Assembly: GCA_963816145.1 (NCBI GenBank)
Contig: CAWFJP010000030.1
Location: forward strand, 64,001-128,000
DNA from: an uncultured delta proteobacterium
GTDB lineage: Bacteria > Desulfobacterota > Binatia > UBA9968
DNA length: 64,000 nucleotides
Direction: 5' to 3'
Both the position numbers and the translations under genes were made by a program. Each line of letters begins with the position of its first letter. Position 1 is the stretch's first letter. The notes below the pieces were generated by a model that saw only the letters and a program-made list of their open reading frames with translations, did no database searches and was not told the origin of the DNA. Of the stretch, positions 49,601 to 60,757 are shown one piece after another.

Positions 49601-52192
49601 GACGTTGTCGGTCAAATCCTTCCAGATGCCGGCCGCGCCGGGAACGTTGGCTTGTCCGCCCAAACGGCCCTCCACGCCGACTTCTCTCGCCACTGTGGTT
49701 ACTTGCTCGGCGAAGATCGCCAGAGTATTGGTCATGTTGTTGATGGTTTCCGCCAGCGCCGCCACTTCGCCTTTGGCCTCGACCGTGAGCTTTTCGCGCA
49801 AACTGCCATTGGCAACTGCGGTAACAACCTTGACGATACCGCGCACTTGCGCGGTTAGATTGGCCGCCATATCGTTGACGTTGTCCGTCAGATCCTTCCA
49901 CGTGCCGGCCACGCCGGGGACCTGCGCTTGGCCGCCGAGCTTTCCTTCCGTGCCGACCTCGCGCGCCACACGGGTCACCTCCGCGGCGAAACTTCGCAGC
50001 TGATCGACCATGGTATTAATGGCATTTTTGAGCTGGAGTATCTCGCCTTTGACGTCCACGGCGATCTTCTTCGATAAGTCGCCATTGGCGACGGCGATCG
50101 TCACCTCGGCGATATTACGCACCTGGGCGGTTAGGTTACCCGCCATGAAATTCACGCTGTCGGTCAAATCTTTCCACGTGCCGGCCACGCCCGGCACCAC
50201 TGCCTGGCCGCCGAGCTTGCCATCCGTGCCGACCTCGCGCGCCACGCGGGTGACCTCCGCGGCGAAGCCATTGAGCTGGTCGACCATCGTGTTGATGGCT
50301 TCCTTTAACTGCAATATTTCGCCGCGCACATCGACGGTAATTTTTTTCGACAGATCGCCGTTGGCCACGGCGATGGTCACGTCAGCAATGTTCCTGACTT
50401 GCGCAGTCAAATTGCCGGCCATCAAGTTAACGTTGTCGGTCAAATCTTTCCACGTGCCGGCCACGCCCGGCACCACTGCCTGGCCGCCGAGCTTGCCTTC
50501 CGTGCCGACCTCGCGCGCCACACGGGTGACTTCCGCGGCGAAGCCGTTGAGCTGGTCGACCATCGTGTTGATGGCTTCCTTGAGCTGCAGAATTTCGCCT
50601 TTGACGTCGACGGTAATTTTTTTGGAAAGGTCGCCGTTGGCGACGGCGATCGTGACATCGGCGATGTTTCTCACCTGGCCGGTCAAGTTGCCGGCCATCG
50701 CGTTGACGCTATCAGTCAGGTCCTTCCACGTTCCAGCAACGCCGGGGACCTGCGCTTGGCCGCCGAGCTTGCCATCCGTGCCAACCTCGCGCGCTACCCG
50801 CGTTACTTCCGCGGCGAAGCCGTTGAGCTGGTCGACCATCGTGTTGATGGCTTCCTTGAGGAGCAAAATCTCACCGCGCACGTCAACGGTGATTTTCTTC
50901 GATAAGTCACCGTTGGCGACGGCGATCGTGACATCGGCGATGTTTCTCACCTGGCCGGTCAAGTTGCCGGCCATGATATTGACGCTTTCCGTCAGGTCCT
51001 TCCATACGCCGCTCACATCGCGGACCTGCGCCTGGCCGCCGAGCTTTCCTTCCGTGCCGACCTCGCGCGCCACACGGGTGACCTCCGCAGCGAAACTTCG
51101 CAGCTGATCGACCATGGTGTTGATGGTGTCTTTGAGTTGGAGGATCTCGCCTTTGACGTCCACGGCGATCTTCTTGGACAAATCGCCATTGGCGACGGCG
51201 ATTGTCACTTCGGCGATATTACGCACCTGGGCGGTTAAGTTACCCGCCATGAAATTCACGCTGTCGGTCAAATCTTTCCATGTGCCGGCGACCCCCGGCA
51301 CCACCGCCTGGCCGCCGAGCTTGCCATCCGTGCCGACCTCGCGCGCCACACGGGTGACCTCCGCAGCGAAACTTCGCAGCTGATCGACCATGGTGTTGAT
51401 GGTGTCTTTGAGTTGGAGGATCTCGCCTTTGACGTCCACGGCGATCTTCTTGGACAAATCGCCATTGGCGACGGCGATTGTCACTTCGGCGATATTACGC
51501 ACCTGGGCGGTTAAGTTACCCGCCATGAAATTCACGCTGTCGGTCAAATCTTTCCATGTGCCGGCGACCCCCGGCACCACCGCCTGGCCACCGAGCTTGC
51601 CATCCGTGCCGACCTCGCGCGCCACCCGGGTGACCTCCGCGGCGAAGTTGTCGAGCTGTACGACCATGGCGTTGACCATCTTTGCGACGCGCAAAAACTC
51701 GCCGCGCAGCGGTTGTCCCTCCGCCTCCAGAGCCATGGTTTGGTTCAGATCGCCTTTGACAACCGAGCCGATCACCCGCGCCATCTCCGTGGTCGGCCGA
51801 ACCAGGCTATCGATCAACTCGTTGATCGCATTGACCTGAACCTTCCATGCCCCTCCAGCGGCAGGAAGCGCCGCCCGCTGAGATATCTTCCCTTCTTTGC
51901 CGACGACACGGTTGACGCGCTCGAATTGCTTCGTGCTCTCGGCCATCAGTTCGATAATCTCATTGAGAGTATCGGCGATCTTTCCGTCGATGCCGCTCCA
52001 AAAGTCGGGAAGCCGAGCCGAGAAATCGCCTTTTTTAATCGACGTGAGCACGGTGAGAAGCTGCTTGCTGTTCAGCTTGTCGCCATCGACTGCAAGCGCG
52101 CTTTTAGTCGGCATAAACTTTCTCCCGCTCGACCGACTCAGGGCCAATGGTCTAGCGCGCTGTTTGACTTTTGTTGAGTCTTTCGCGCTCAT
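46649..52192 (-). CDS. Cytoplasmic poly-HAMP hybrid histidine kinase (HAMP array-GAF-HisKA-HATPase-3xREC; Nik1/Os-1/OsaA-like)
   Basis: Eight 92-aa [17 protein letters not shown] units, [16 protein letters not shown], three receiver domains, no TM segment. Confidence 0.93.
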   Translation of the reverse strand: MSAKDSTKVKQRARPLALSRSSGRKFMPTKSALAVDGDKLNSKQLLTVLTSIKKGDFSARLPDFWSGIDGKIADTLNEIIELMAESTKQFERVNRVVGKEGKISQRAALPAAGGAWKVQVNAINELIDSLVRPTTEMARVIGSVVKGDLNQTMALEAEGQPLRGEFLRVAKMVNAMVVQLDNFAAEVTRVAREVGTDGKLGGQAVVPGVAGTWKDLTDSVNFMAGNLTAQVRNIAEVTIAVANGDLSKKIAVDVKGEILQLKDTINTMVDQLRSFAAEVTRVAREVGTDGKLGGQAVVPGVAGTWKDLTDSVNFMAGNLTAQVRNIAEVTIAVANGDLSKKIAVDVKGEILQLKDTINTMVDQLRSFAAEVTRVAREVGTEGKLGGQAQVRDVSGVWKDLTESVNIMAGNLTGQVRNIADVTIAVANGDLSKKITVDVRGEILLLKEAINTMVDQLNGFAAEVTRVAREVGTDGKLGGQAQVPGVAGTWKDLTDSVNAMAGNLTGQVRNIADVTIAVANGDLSKKITVDVKGEILQLKEAINTMVDQLNGFAAEVTRVAREVGTEGKLGGQAVVPGVAGTWKDLTDNVNLMAGNLTAQVRNIADVTIAVANGDLSKKITVDVRGEILQLKEAINTMVDQLNGFAAEVTRVAREVGTDGKLGGQAVVPGVAGTWKDLTDSVNFMAGNLTAQVRNIAEVTIAVANGDLSKKIAVDVKGEILQLKNAINTMVDQLRSFAAEVTRVAREVGTEGKLGGQAQVPGVAGTWKDLTDNVNDMAANLTAQVRGIVKVVTAVANGSLREKLTVEAKGEVAALAETINNMTNTLAIFAEQVTTVAREVGVEGRLGGQANVPGAAGIWKDLTDNVNLLAANLTTQVRAIADVATAVTKGDLTRAIQVDVRGEVAELKDNINSMIHNLRATTDENKEQDWLKTNLARFTSMLQGQRDLTAVGQMLLSELAPLVNAQYGAIYQMNASNGDACLQVLSSYAGADSRSVPDRLPLGAGLVGQCALEKRRILLDDVPGDYVRIGSALGDTRARNLIVFPVLFEGATKAVIELASVKEFTSTHQTFLAQLTESIGIVLNTIEATMRTEGLLQQSQELARELQAQQTELQQTNQELGTKAKQLAEQNAEVERKNQEIEQARHALEEKAAELALTSKYKSEFLANMSHELRTPLNSILILAQQLADNSAHNLEPKQVEFSKNIHAAGTDLLNLITDILDLSKIESGTVTVEPEAVSFAKLREAVERSFRHVAEARHLAFHIEMDDELPTALTTDLKRLQQVLKNLLSNAFKFTSHGSVTFTMKVAKSGFSPDHQLLASAATVIAFEVKDTGIGIAQDKQKIIFEAFHQADAGTSRRYGGTGLGLAISRELATLLGGEIRLISAPTLGSTFTLYLPQNYGLVTVDARRTAVSPMPLIVQQAVKAEEVADDRDSVEPGDPVVLIVEDDPHFAGVLLGLARERGFKGVVTARGAPVRSLTHEFKPQAIVLDIFLPDMLGWTVLNHLKQDPATRHIPVQVVSVEEERLHGLGRGAFSYLIKPATTDELREAIDRVTRYAQARQRRLLIIEDNDIERQSIIELLTHNGVEIVAAASGAESWDALHGQKFDCVVLDLRLPDISGFELLERIRQEPELRDLPIVVFTGQELSEADELKLIRMAESVVLKGVESPERLLDETTLFLHTIAAELPPAKQQMLERLHRSDEALNGRKVLVVDDDVRNIFALTSLLEQHGLRVVNSETGREAITLLDQDDDIDAVLLDIMMPEMDGYEITRRIRQNPRHKILPILALTARAMKGDREKCLEAGASDYIAKPVNSEELIGLLRIWLFGKQQARRGGRYNAIHGEHFGR
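49450..51660 (-). repeat. 276-bp intragenic tandem repeat array
   Basis: Eight units; the two at about 51100-51650 are nearly identical at DNA level. Confidence 0.9.
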
Positions 52193-52543
52193 CGACTAAA
52201 TCGGCTTGTGACTCGGCCGGAAAGATGGTGGCTCGTTAGTTCTTATGCACGGCTACAGGACTTGGGATCAGAGCGTGAGAAATAATTGCTCGATCTACGC
52301 ACCCTTCCGCGCACACTGCCTGTCAAAAATACCAGGAAATATAAGGAATCAATGAAGTAGGCTGGAAACCTTGTCGGCAAATCGTCTCTGCGGCCCATCC
52401 TTGTTACAAACTGATTCACCAGCAACTCCGAGTGTAGAGGTTACTCCAAGTCGGCTGGAATCCACTATGCCCTCGCAGTTTGTTCGATAGTGGGTCCGCC
52501 CTCAACAACGCGATAACTCGCAAGCGAAATGATGCTAAAAGTT

Positions 52544-52558
52544 GCAGAAATCATTCCA
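52544..52558 (-). promoter_or_regulatory. sigma54-like promoter upstream of the poly-HAMP kinase
   Basis: TGGAAT-GATTT-CTGC, identical to 53731-53745; upstream motif at 52651-52670. Confidence 0.6.
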
Positions 52559-52837
52559 CTTCTTGAGCTGCGGGATGTCATGGATTTTTAATGATATTTT
52601 CATTTACCTCGACCGGTTCGAAAGCAAGTCTATAGGTGTTTTTCCTTCTTTGACGGTAATTTCCCTCCAAGTTGTCGGGTATACGGTTCGCTTAGGCTAG
52701 CTGTTGGGGTTAAAACCCGCTGTGCGCAATACTATCCCCAACTCTCCCGCCAACCAGGCCCATGCGTCCCGGTTTATTATCGAACGGACTATCGCAATCT
52801 CAGAAAAGAGGCGATCAGCGTCGAACTCGGCTTGGCA

Positions 52838-53188
52838 CTACGACGTTGTATGATGCGGAAGTTCAGACGGGGACGAAACCGTGGTCTTGAGTTGGGCATT
52901 TTCCGCTTCGAGTTCGTGGACCCGCTGTTCCAGATCGGCGACGGTATGCTTGGTTTTTTTTATCGCGCGATCTTTTCCATAGATCGTCAACGTCGAGGAA
53001 ACCGACCTGGCAAAATAGAGAATCCCTGCCATGAAGAGTCCGACCAATAACGACCCCACGATAACCAGATACAAGGGGACATCGTTCCAGACGTAGTCGT
53101 TGAGCCGGATCGTCACCGGGCTAATGTTTTGCATTCCAAAGTAAGCGATCGCGATCCCGGAAATAACTGCTACAAGTAAAACCAACAT
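52838..53188 (-). CDS. LapA/DUF1049 family membrane protein
   Basis: Two TMs with FGMQNISPV..VPLYLVI and a coiled-coil tail. Confidence 0.75.
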   Translation of the reverse strand: MLVLLVAVISGIAIAYFGMQNISPVTIRLNDYVWNDVPLYLVIVGSLLVGLFMAGILYFARSVSSTLTIYGKDRAIKKTKHTVADLEQRVHELEAENAQLKTTVSSPSELPHHTTS

Positions 53189-53267
53189 TTGATGACGACC
53201 TGCTTTCTCTTGCGCCAACGAAACTCTCAGGTTGAATCATCCGAGTCTACCAATGTTCATCCTGCGC

Positions 53268-53699
53268 TCACTCGGCGAGAGTCTCTGAGAGTCCATGAAT
53301 GGTGTTCAACAGCTCCTGGAGATCGACGGGTTTAGTGAAATAAGCAGTGGCGCCTTTGCCAAACGCGTGTCTTCGGGAATCGCTGGTCGGATAGGCCGTC
53401 ATCATGATCACTTTGATTTCCGGCAAGCGCTGCTTCACTTCATCCAAAAGCGATAGCCCATCCACAGGTCCCATTCTGATGTCGATCAATGCTAAGTCGG
53501 GAGATGCTTTTTCGACGAGCTCCAGAGCTTCTTCGCCGTTCAGTGCGGTTCGCACCTCGTATCCCCGCTTGGTCAAAAACCAATCGAGAAGACTCACAAA
53601 GTTTTGCTCATCATCGACGACCAATACAGATTTGACCACAGTTTTATCCGCACTTATGGTCGAAAAATTGTACATACACCCACATAGAGAGCAAATCAC
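53268..53699 (-). CDS. Stand-alone response regulator receiver (start may be GTG at 53639)
   Basis: VLVVDDE, LIDIRM, MMTAY, FTKP. Confidence 0.88.
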   Translation of the reverse strand: MICSLCGCMYNFSTISADKTVVKSVLVVDDEQNFVSLLDWFLTKRGYEVRTALNGEEALELVEKASPDLALIDIRMGPVDGLSLLDEVKQRLPEIKVIMMTAYPTSDSRRHAFGKGATAYFTKPVDLQELLNTIHGLSETLAE

Positions 53700-53730
53700 C
53701 TTTCGTCAGCGTTAACTCCTTCACAACTAA

Positions 53731-53745
53731 GCAGAAATCATTCCA
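53731..53745 (-). promoter_or_regulatory. sigma54-like promoter
   Basis: TGGAAT-GATTT-CTGC(T); upstream motif at 53840-53859. Confidence 0.6.
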
Positions 53746-54478
53746 ACACCGGTCATTCCAAAAAAATTGCGATTTTCAAAGGTGTTGTAGTTTCGCCGGA
53801 TTGTCAGTGCGGTTTACTTCAGACGCTTTTCTCCTATTTTGAAGTAAATTTCCCTACAATAAATCATGACGTTAATAAGCTTTGCTAACCATGCGCTTGA
53901 TTCTACTAAACGCGCCAAAGTTTCTGTTGTATCACCCGAGACCGATAACCGATGGCACTTGGCTTTCAGTCGAAAAGATACCCGGGAAATCTAATCCAAG
54001 CAAATGCAGGGCGGCGTTGCCGCACTTCGCCGAATCAACAATGGGAACGGGAGTGGGTGCATGGCTAGCAAAAACTTACATCAATTATCATTAGGAGTCG
54101 TCGGGAAATTTAACAGCGCCCCAAATCCAAGCACGGAGTCATGAATCCCGCGACAATCTGGAATGACGATAAATAGCGTAAGCCATCGCGACCGTCTCGA
54201 GGTCGCTGATTGCCAAGAATTTGGGCTTCTCCTTCTGCGAGCGGCTGTAAACCCATGTGGCGATCGAAACAGCTACGCGAAAGCCTTTGCAGTCGTGAAG
54301 CGCGGCTCGCAAGAGTCACTTGGCGACCATTGACCGTCATCCCTGAAGGATCGTTATAGCAAGTAGACAGTAAAATTCCTCCGCTATCGATATGAAAAGC
54401 TCTTTCTCTCAATCTCGTCAACCGCATCGTTAGTTACAAAAACGCATCAAGTTCAAGCTCATCCGACTACACCTCGGT

Positions 54479-54493
54479 TGGCACCCGGCTTGC
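54479..54493 (+). promoter_or_regulatory. sigma54 -24/-12 promoter
   Basis: TGGCAC-CCGGC-TTGC(T). Confidence 0.78.
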
Positions 54494-54544
54494 TCACTTG
54501 CCGTGATGGCGATGAGTGATCGCTTTAGCCAAGGAGGCGCAAGC

Positions 54545-55159
54545 ATGAACTCCTATTCCACGCACAAACGGTGGCTGCCCTTAGTTGGGGTCATTTATCT
54601 ATTCGTTGCTTTGCCGATAAGCGCCGGAGCCCCGAGCGATCAGACGCGGGCCACGATTGAAAAGGTTCTGACGATTCTCAAGAATCCCGCCGCTAAATCA
54701 GAACGACGCGAGCGATTACGACAGGTCATTTACCCGAGTTTTGACTTCGCCGAGATGGCCAAGCGTTCTCTTGGACCCCACTGGCAGCGGAGAAGCTCAA
54801 CTGAACAGCAGGAGTTCGTCAAACTCTTCACGGACCTTGTCGAATCATCTTATGTCGACGCAATCGAATCCTATAATGGTGAAAAAGTTGTGGTCGCCAA
54901 TGAGAAGCTGGACAAAGACCTTGCCGAAGTGAATACCAAGATCTTTACAAAAAAAGGTGAAGAATTTGCCGTCGATTACAAACTTCACGAGACCAGTGGC
55001 AGCTGGAAAATTTACGACGCAATAATTGAAAATGTCAGCCTGGTCAATAACTATCGCTCGCAATTCAACCGCGTTATCGCCAAGTCTTCCTACGAAGATC
55101 TCATGACGAAGATGAAGGAGAAGCAGTTCGAAGCACCAGGGAAAAAAACAAAAACATAG
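54545..55159 (+). CDS. MlaC/Ttg2D family phospholipid-binding protein (orphan)
   Basis: FDFAEMAKRSLG, WKIYDAIIENVSLVNNYRSQF; AGGAGG RBS. Confidence 0.88.
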   Translation: MNSYSTHKRWLPLVGVIYLFVALPISAGAPSDQTRATIEKVLTILKNPAAKSERRERLRQVIYPSFDFAEMAKRSLGPHWQRRSSTEQQEFVKLFTDLVESSYVDAIESYNGEKVVVANEKLDKDLAEVNTKIFTKKGEEFAVDYKLHETSGSWKIYDAIIENVSLVNNYRSQFNRVIAKSSYEDLMTKMKEKQFEAPGKKTKT

Positions 55160-55200
55160 ATCCGCGCGAAGTCCAAAGAACTAAATAGGGAGATTGTCCC

Positions 55201-55596
55201 ATGAAAACATTTGCTACTAGACATTTGGTTACTGCATCCGTCATCGTGTCGTTGGCCGGTCTAACCTTAGGGTTGAGCGGTGCCCAAGAAAAACCGGCAC
55301 TGCAACAACCCAGCAAGCAATCCGAGATCGGCGACAAAGAGCTTAAAGCCTTTGCAAAGTCCTACCTGGAGTTCCATAAGATTCGCGCCGAGTACGAACC
55401 GGCTCTAAACCAGGCTCGCGATTCGCAAGAGCAGGGAAAAATCGAGCAGGAGGCGCTGGCAAAGTTTGGCAAGGCCGTTCAGAAACAAGGCCTCACGCTA
55501 GAAGGCTATTTCCGGCTTTATCAAATCGTTAACGCAAACGAACATATTCGCGACAAGGCCCTCAAGTTAATCGATGAAGAACGGAAAAAAGCCTAA
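55201..55596 (+). CDS. DUF4168-like secreted protein
   Basis: Signal peptide; IGDKELKAFAKSY and AVQKQGLTLEGY. Confidence 0.65.
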   Translation: MKTFATRHLVTASVIVSLAGLTLGLSGAQEKPALQQPSKQSEIGDKELKAFAKSYLEFHKIRAEYEPALNQARDSQEQGKIEQEALAKFGKAVQKQGLTLEGYFRLYQIVNANEHIRDKALKLIDEERKKA

Positions 55597-55681
55597 CCCA
55601 TACCACGGCGGCGACGACGCGGCGACGGAATCGCGTTCACCTCGGCGACCGAATCGGAAGCGCTAAACTTGAGTACAAGAG

Positions 55682-56089
55682 ATGCAGACTGACCTCAATA
55701 CAAGAATCGATTTAGTGACCTATAGGGTGAATAGGCCTTCGGGGAAAGTATATGTCGGCTCGTTGTTTCAAGCGGACACGCTTGCGCCTCAGCAATACCA
55801 GCAGAGCGCGCGCAGAACGCTTTTCCAAGAACCAGAACAGGAGCTTATGTTCGCAGTTCTGAAAGACGCGATTTGCTGCTTTCAGAAGTATGCGTCGGCG
55901 CGCGACAAAATGAGAACGCGCCTGTATCTCGAAGCTAGGAAATGGCTCATGGAGGAGGATAACGACTGGCCGTTTTCCTTTGCCAACATCTGTGAGGCCA
56001 TTGGACTCTCTCCTCAGTATGTTCGTGCCGGGTTACTGGGGCACCAGGAAGCGAAATTGGCGAATCTTAGCAAGGCGAGGAATGTTTAA
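55682..56089 (+). CDS. Hypothetical protein (PE..LM.AVL.DAI...WPFSF.NICE family)
   Basis: Co-oriented ORF with a helical, conserved-looking motif; function unknown. Confidence 0.65.
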   Translation: MQTDLNTRIDLVTYRVNRPSGKVYVGSLFQADTLAPQQYQQSARRTLFQEPEQELMFAVLKDAICCFQKYASARDKMRTRLYLEARKWLMEEDNDWPFSFANICEAIGLSPQYVRAGLLGHQEAKLANLSKARNV

Positions 56090-56209
56090 TGCACAGCTGG
56101 TCCACCGAGACAAAGCCGCCATCGAAACTGAGATATCAAACGGCTGCCACGTGATAATTAATGAACATTTCAACGGCGATTGCATTAGTGTGGCTGGATA
56201 GGAGCGCCG

Positions 56210-56575
56210 ATGAACGGGTTGAAAGTCTTACTCGTCGAGGACGATGACAATTTATCCTTTGTCCTTCAGGAAAGACTCAAGTCCGAAGGGTGCGAAACCA
56301 GAATAGCGAAGGATGCGGCCGCGGGATTTTCCATCTATCTGCAATTCAGGCCAGACCTGGTGATTTCGGACCTCCTGCTGCCGGGGGAAAACGGGGTGGA
56401 ACTTCTTCGACGAATAAGGAGGGTCCGTAATCCCAACGTGAGAACCATCTACATGAGCGCGCATTTGGGATGGTTCGAGTCGGAGATGGAACAGGAGAAA
56501 GGCAGACCCGAGGTAGACGTGCTCGCAAAGCCTTTTTCTTCGTGTGAACTGATGAGTTTGGTTTCCGCCCATTAG
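56210..56575 (+). CDS. Stand-alone receiver domain protein
   Basis: VLLVEDD, ISDLLLP, YMSA, LAKPF. Confidence 0.85.
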   Translation: MNGLKVLLVEDDDNLSFVLQERLKSEGCETRIAKDAAAGFSIYLQFRPDLVISDLLLPGENGVELLRRIRRVRNPNVRTIYMSAHLGWFESEMEQEKGRPEVDVLAKPFSSCELMSLVSAH

Positions 56576-56635
56576 CAGGGGCGTGAATCACAACAGGACG
56601 AGAGAACCATAGTCCTGAAATGAAGAGGGTTTTGG

Positions 56636-56992
56636 ATGGGTAGTAAAAACATCGGCTTCAAGCACATCGCGGTGATATTTATTGTCATGACTCTGATCGG
56701 TACAGGCTGTGCCGGAGGATCATTGACGACCAGAGAGAAGGGAGCAGGCATCGGCGCGCTCGGCGGAGCCGCGGTGGGAGGTATCATCGGCAGTGCTGTT
56801 GGACATCCCGGGGCCGGAGCTGCAATCGGTGGTGGCCTAGGACTCGGCGCAGGCGCCTTGATCGGCGATCAGCTTCAGGGTCAGGAAAACCAAAACTACC
56901 GGCAACAGGATCAGATTCAACGCAATCAGTATGAGATCGATCAGCAGCGTCAAGAAACGGAGCGTTTAAAGCGTCAGAGCCGCGAGTATTAA
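56636..56992 (+). CDS. Glycine-zipper lipoprotein
   Basis: GTGC lipobox-like site; LTTREKGAGIGALGGAAVGGIIG; Gln-rich coiled coil. Confidence 0.82.
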   Translation: MGSKNIGFKHIAVIFIVMTLIGTGCAGGSLTTREKGAGIGALGGAAVGGIIGSAVGHPGAGAAIGGGLGLGAGALIGDQLQGQENQNYRQQDQIQRNQYEIDQQRQETERLKRQSREY

Positions 56993-57098
56993 TGACATTT
57001 TCAATTCCAACCTGCGCGTTGTTCGATCTGAACAATCTCAATAGTGCGCATCACCATAAATTGCGTTCCTTGTCTGATTGAGGAAAGGGGGAAATGAG

Positions 57099-57536
57099 AT
57101 GGCAGCATTAAAACACCGAAAACGGTGGTATCGGGTTCTAGTTGTTGGATTTAGCCTGACGGTTGGAGCGATGCGAGCGGGGCTTGCCTCTGCGGACGTT
57201 GTTGCCGTCGCACAGAATAACCAGAAGATCGTTACAGTTGACAATGTCGCGGTGCACAATGGCGTCGTCTCGGGCGAGATTGTGAATCATTCGAACCGGG
57301 AAGTTCGGGACGTGGAGTTGCTCATACGCCACACCTGGCTGTGGACGAATGAGTTCCAACCCGGCAACAGTGATCCGGGAATGGCTTCGTATCATACTCT
57401 CAACAATCTAATTCGCCCTGGCGAATCGTTGCCGTTCAACTTTGTCGAGAGTTCAACACTACCCGCCCGCAGCGATGGCCAATTCAAGTCGACGGTGTCG
57501 GTGACCGGATTTACCGAGATCGTGCGAAACCGCTAA
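57099..57536 (+). CDS. Hypothetical secreted beta-sandwich protein (FxLYD-like)
   Basis: VSGEIVNHSNREVRDV and IRPGESLPF pattern; signal-like N-terminus. Confidence 0.55.
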   Translation: MAALKHRKRWYRVLVVGFSLTVGAMRAGLASADVVAVAQNNQKIVTVDNVAVHNGVVSGEIVNHSNREVRDVELLIRHTWLWTNEFQPGNSDPGMASYHTLNNLIRPGESLPFNFVESSTLPARSDGQFKSTVSVTGFTEIVRNR

Positions 57537-57550
57537 GGAGGACACCAGCA

Positions 57551-57855
57551 CTGAATCAGCGAATGTTCTGGATCAGTGGCGGCGTCATAGGCGGAGGCAT
57601 CACGGCCTTGGTTATCTTCATGCTGCTCGGCGGTCTTTATACGATTACGACCCTAATGGTCCGGTGGACACCGCTTGTAAAATAAATCGACTGACCGGCC
57701 ATGTCTGGCTTGTTAAGACCTACACCAAGCAAGTGGGCGACCTTCGCGTGCTTGCCGCCCATGAGGCTGAGGTTGAAAAGACCAAGCAGTTATCCGAGGC
57801 AAACCTACCGCCGGTCGGGATGCAGGGTGCGCCCGCGGGCGATCGACGCAAATAA
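57551..57855 (+). pseudogene. Small membrane-anchored protein, frameshift near 57650
   Basis: AAGGAGG RBS; TM segment joins TTPNGPVDTACKINRLTGHVW if one C is added to a C run. Confidence 0.5.
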
Positions 57856-58142
57856 CCATTGAGAACGACAAACTTGGCGCATCCCTTTAAGCCTAGACTC
57901 AATTTTTGTCGGCCGAGATCGCCGGGGGTACGAGACCGTTTTCGTTCCGTTTAAGCATAGGCGGGTTAACGCCCGGTCACTCCGCCCTCGTTAAAACGAG
58001 CCGGATGGGTGAGTCGAAAGCCTGAAGGAGAATCATCGGTTTCCCGTGAGTTATATCGCGGTGAGAAATTCACAAGCGCGGGAATCTTCAAAAGATCGCG
58101 GTTAATCGCGGTCTGGACGAAATTTAGCTTCAAAGAGGAGTC

Positions 58143-59009
58143 ATGCAGATGCAAACAACAATGAGAGTTACCAAATACAACCGCGCTTCTTTCCAGCCGG
58201 GGAAAGCAAATGGACAAAATAAAATCAGCAAACCTCCCGCTATGACTGTCTCGACAGCAGCGCTACGCGTAGGCCTCGCGCACTTCATCCACGAGATCAA
58301 CAACCCTCTTCAGCAGGTTTACTGGACAGCGAGCATGATGGATAAGCTCATGCCGAGGGCCCACGGCAGTGGCGATCCCTCCGTCGGTAAGTTGTTCCAG
58401 CAACTAAAATGCGGGCTGGACCATTTAGTTTCTCTGATTAGCTCATTAGAGCCCCAATTAAAGATCCTTTGGATGATCAACCCTTCGTACGACTCGGTGA
58501 ATTTAAATTCGCTCATCGACGAAATTCTTCGAATTGACGCAGTACGCTTGGACACTAATGGGATTCGTATTGACAAGGACGCCATCGGCGAGCTGCCCGT
58601 TATCCAGGGCGATAAACAACTTTTACGACATGTCTTCCTTAATCTTTTTAGGAACGCGCTCGACGCCATGCCTAACGGCGGAATTTTGACTGTCAGAGCA
58701 GGGACGCGCGAACGCGCGTTGTGGCTCGAACTCTCCGACACCGGTGGCGCAATTCCACCTGACTTGGATGCTTTTCAACCCTTTGCAACATCGAAACCCG
58801 AAGGCCTGGGGCTCGGACTGGCAATTACGCGGCATATCGTTGAAATCCATGGCGGCACAATCAGCTATCAGAGCGAGTTAGGCAAAGGCACGACCTTTTA
58901 CCTCACTTTTCCCCAAATGAGCGAAACAACTTCTGCCCGGCCAGAAGCGGTGGAAGATGACAGCTCAGATGATCATTGGGAGCCGCGCGGTGACGCGGCG
59001 GATGGATAA
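58143..59009 (+). CDS. Sensor-less histidine kinase (HisKA-HATPase)
   Basis: IHEINNPL, NLFRNALDAM, DTGG, GLGLGL. Confidence 0.85.
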   Translation: MQMQTTMRVTKYNRASFQPGKANGQNKISKPPAMTVSTAALRVGLAHFIHEINNPLQQVYWTASMMDKLMPRAHGSGDPSVGKLFQQLKCGLDHLVSLISSLEPQLKILWMINPSYDSVNLNSLIDEILRIDAVRLDTNGIRIDKDAIGELPVIQGDKQLLRHVFLNLFRNALDAMPNGGILTVRAGTRERALWLELSDTGGAIPPDLDAFQPFATSKPEGLGLGLAITRHIVEIHGGTISYQSELGKGTTFYLTFPQMSETTSARPEAVEDDSSDDHWEPRGDAADG

Positions 59010-59195
59010 TCTCCTCAATTGTAACTCAGGCGGCGACGCAATCGCCGTGGGCAAGGGTGATGATGATTTTCATTAATTGAACTTCCTACCGGTTTTGACT
59101 TCTTTGTAGGGCAAATCCCTTCACAAGAACACAGCAACTCAATTACTCAAATAAGATTCGCCGCAAATGTACCGATCATACGCGCTTCAAGCAGC

Positions 59196-59210
59196 TGGCA
59201 CGCGCCTTGC
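59196..59210 (+). promoter_or_regulatory. sigma54 -24/-12 promoter
   Basis: TGGCAC-GCGCC-TTGC; upstream motif at 59104-59123. Confidence 0.78.
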
Positions 59211-59267
59211 GGAGACAAGTCTTCGTGAGTTTCCTTGCTGGAGGAAGTGGGATCGCGGAGTATCAGT

Positions 59268-59435
59268 ATGAAGATCGACGAAACGGAAGAAATCACGTTA
59301 AGCACACTTATTGCGGCATTTACCGAAGAGCTTCTAGCGTCTGCTCGTGATGAGAAAGAAGCCGGCAGAGTGGCCGCCAATATCCTTACAGATTTTTTGC
59401 ACAACGCCGAACCAATTTCCAAGTGCTGGCACTAA
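59268..59435 (+). CDS. 55-aa hypothetical helical protein (similar to 63511..63693)
   Basis: GGAG RBS; ITLSTLIAAFTEEL...AANILTDFL. Confidence 0.6.
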   Translation: MKIDETEEITLSTLIAAFTEELLASARDEKEAGRVAANILTDFLHNAEPISKCWH

Positions 59436-59575
59436 ATCTAATGGAAAACATCATGCCATCTCGATTGATAAGATTGGTGTCGATTGCGTTCGTTCTTTTA
59501 ATGCTATCGGCGGTTCCGCAATCGTCGCACGCTCAAGTTAGTGATTTCATCAGAAGTTAGAGACTAGGGGGGGTT

Positions 59576-59890
59576 ATGAGGTCAATACTAAACAACGAGA
59601 CTGCGAGCCAACTCGCGGATGCGTCGGCAGTGCGTTGCCGAGCCAGGAGGGAAATTCGTACCCATGGAGGAAATGTGCGGCCAGCTGCAGTGGGCACGAT
59701 AATTTCCGAGATCGACAATCTTGGCCGCCATCTACTCGAGGTCCGTTGGAGCAACGGCGTCTGTTCTTACGTATTTCCTCATGAGGTGGAGATTATCGGC
59801 GACCATGGTGCCGTTAATCGTGCGGCATACCCCAGAGAAGACGAGACGTGCATTACCAAGGAAGGAGTCGGCAATGAATCAAGGAGCTAA
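59576..59890 (+). CDS. Hypothetical protein, possibly SH3-like small beta domain
   Basis: GTIISEIDNLGRHLLEVRWSNG..YVFPHEVE; G-rich RBS. Confidence 0.5.
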   Translation: MRSILNNETASQLADASAVRCRARREIRTHGGNVRPAAVGTIISEIDNLGRHLLEVRWSNGVCSYVFPHEVEIIGDHGAVNRAAYPREDETCITKEGVGNESRS

Positions 59891-60194
59891 ATTGAGATTA
59901 GCAGTGTTCCTTACCGTTCTGGTTGTGTCCGGCTGCTCATCGCCTCTGACCACCAGAGAGAAAGGCGGACTCATCGGCGGGGCAGCCGGAGCAGGCACCG
60001 GCGCGATCATTGGCAGTGCGGTGGGGGCCATGCCGCGGTTGGAGCACTGATTGGGGGCCCGGTTGGGCTTGTCGCCGGCGCGTTAATCGGCGACCAGCTT
60101 ATGGGTCAGGAACAAAGGCAGGATGATCAGCAACGCCAGATCAATACGGCTGCGCAGAGAGAATGAGCGATTGAGGGAACAGTCGGCAAGATGA
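59874..60194 (+). pseudogene. Second glycine-zipper lipoprotein, frameshifted
   Basis: VSGC lipobox; LTTREKGGLIGG; frame change in G run at about 60025 continues HAAVGALIGGPVGLVAGALIGDQL. Confidence 0.75.
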
Positions 60195-60757
60195 ACGGTC
60201 CAAGAAAAAACCTGGCGAAGGAGTCTTCGCGGCGAGAGCGGAATTGAGCCATGACAATAATGGCATCCGAACCATCTGCGACAATATTGTGGACTATCAA
60301 TTCAGCCGGTAATTGTGACCTTTGTCTCCACCTCGTCGCGCGATCGGCGCCGATTGCCGATTTTGGATGTGATTTAACCGAGCAATCGAACATCAAGTAA
60401 ATTCAGCTTCTCAAGCGGTTCGTTGTCGTGGTGATTTTTGACAAGATGAACGGCCGCAGGTACTCGACCGATCGCTTTCTGGAGCGTTGGACGCCGAACG
60501 ACTGTAGCGTTAGATCTTTAACGTACTTGTATTGATTCGCGATCTTATTGCACCGAGCTTTGGCCAATCAGATCACGCTGCATTTTTGTACTGGAGAACT
60601 TTACGGCCGGTAGAAAGCGAGACGACAGATTTTATCACTACCGTTTGATTGATAATATTGACCCCGGAAGCTTGGACCTCTACAGGCCGACCGAGGATCA
60701 AAAACGGCCGACCGGTAGACGACGCATTGCTCGAGTCGACACAGGAGATTTTGAGTC

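Noticed and set aside
50010-51839. Long plus-strand repetitive ORFs
   Set aside because: Antisense shadows of the poly-HAMP array; the same applies to other antisense ORFs such as 16252..17535, 14247..15341 and 4273..5187
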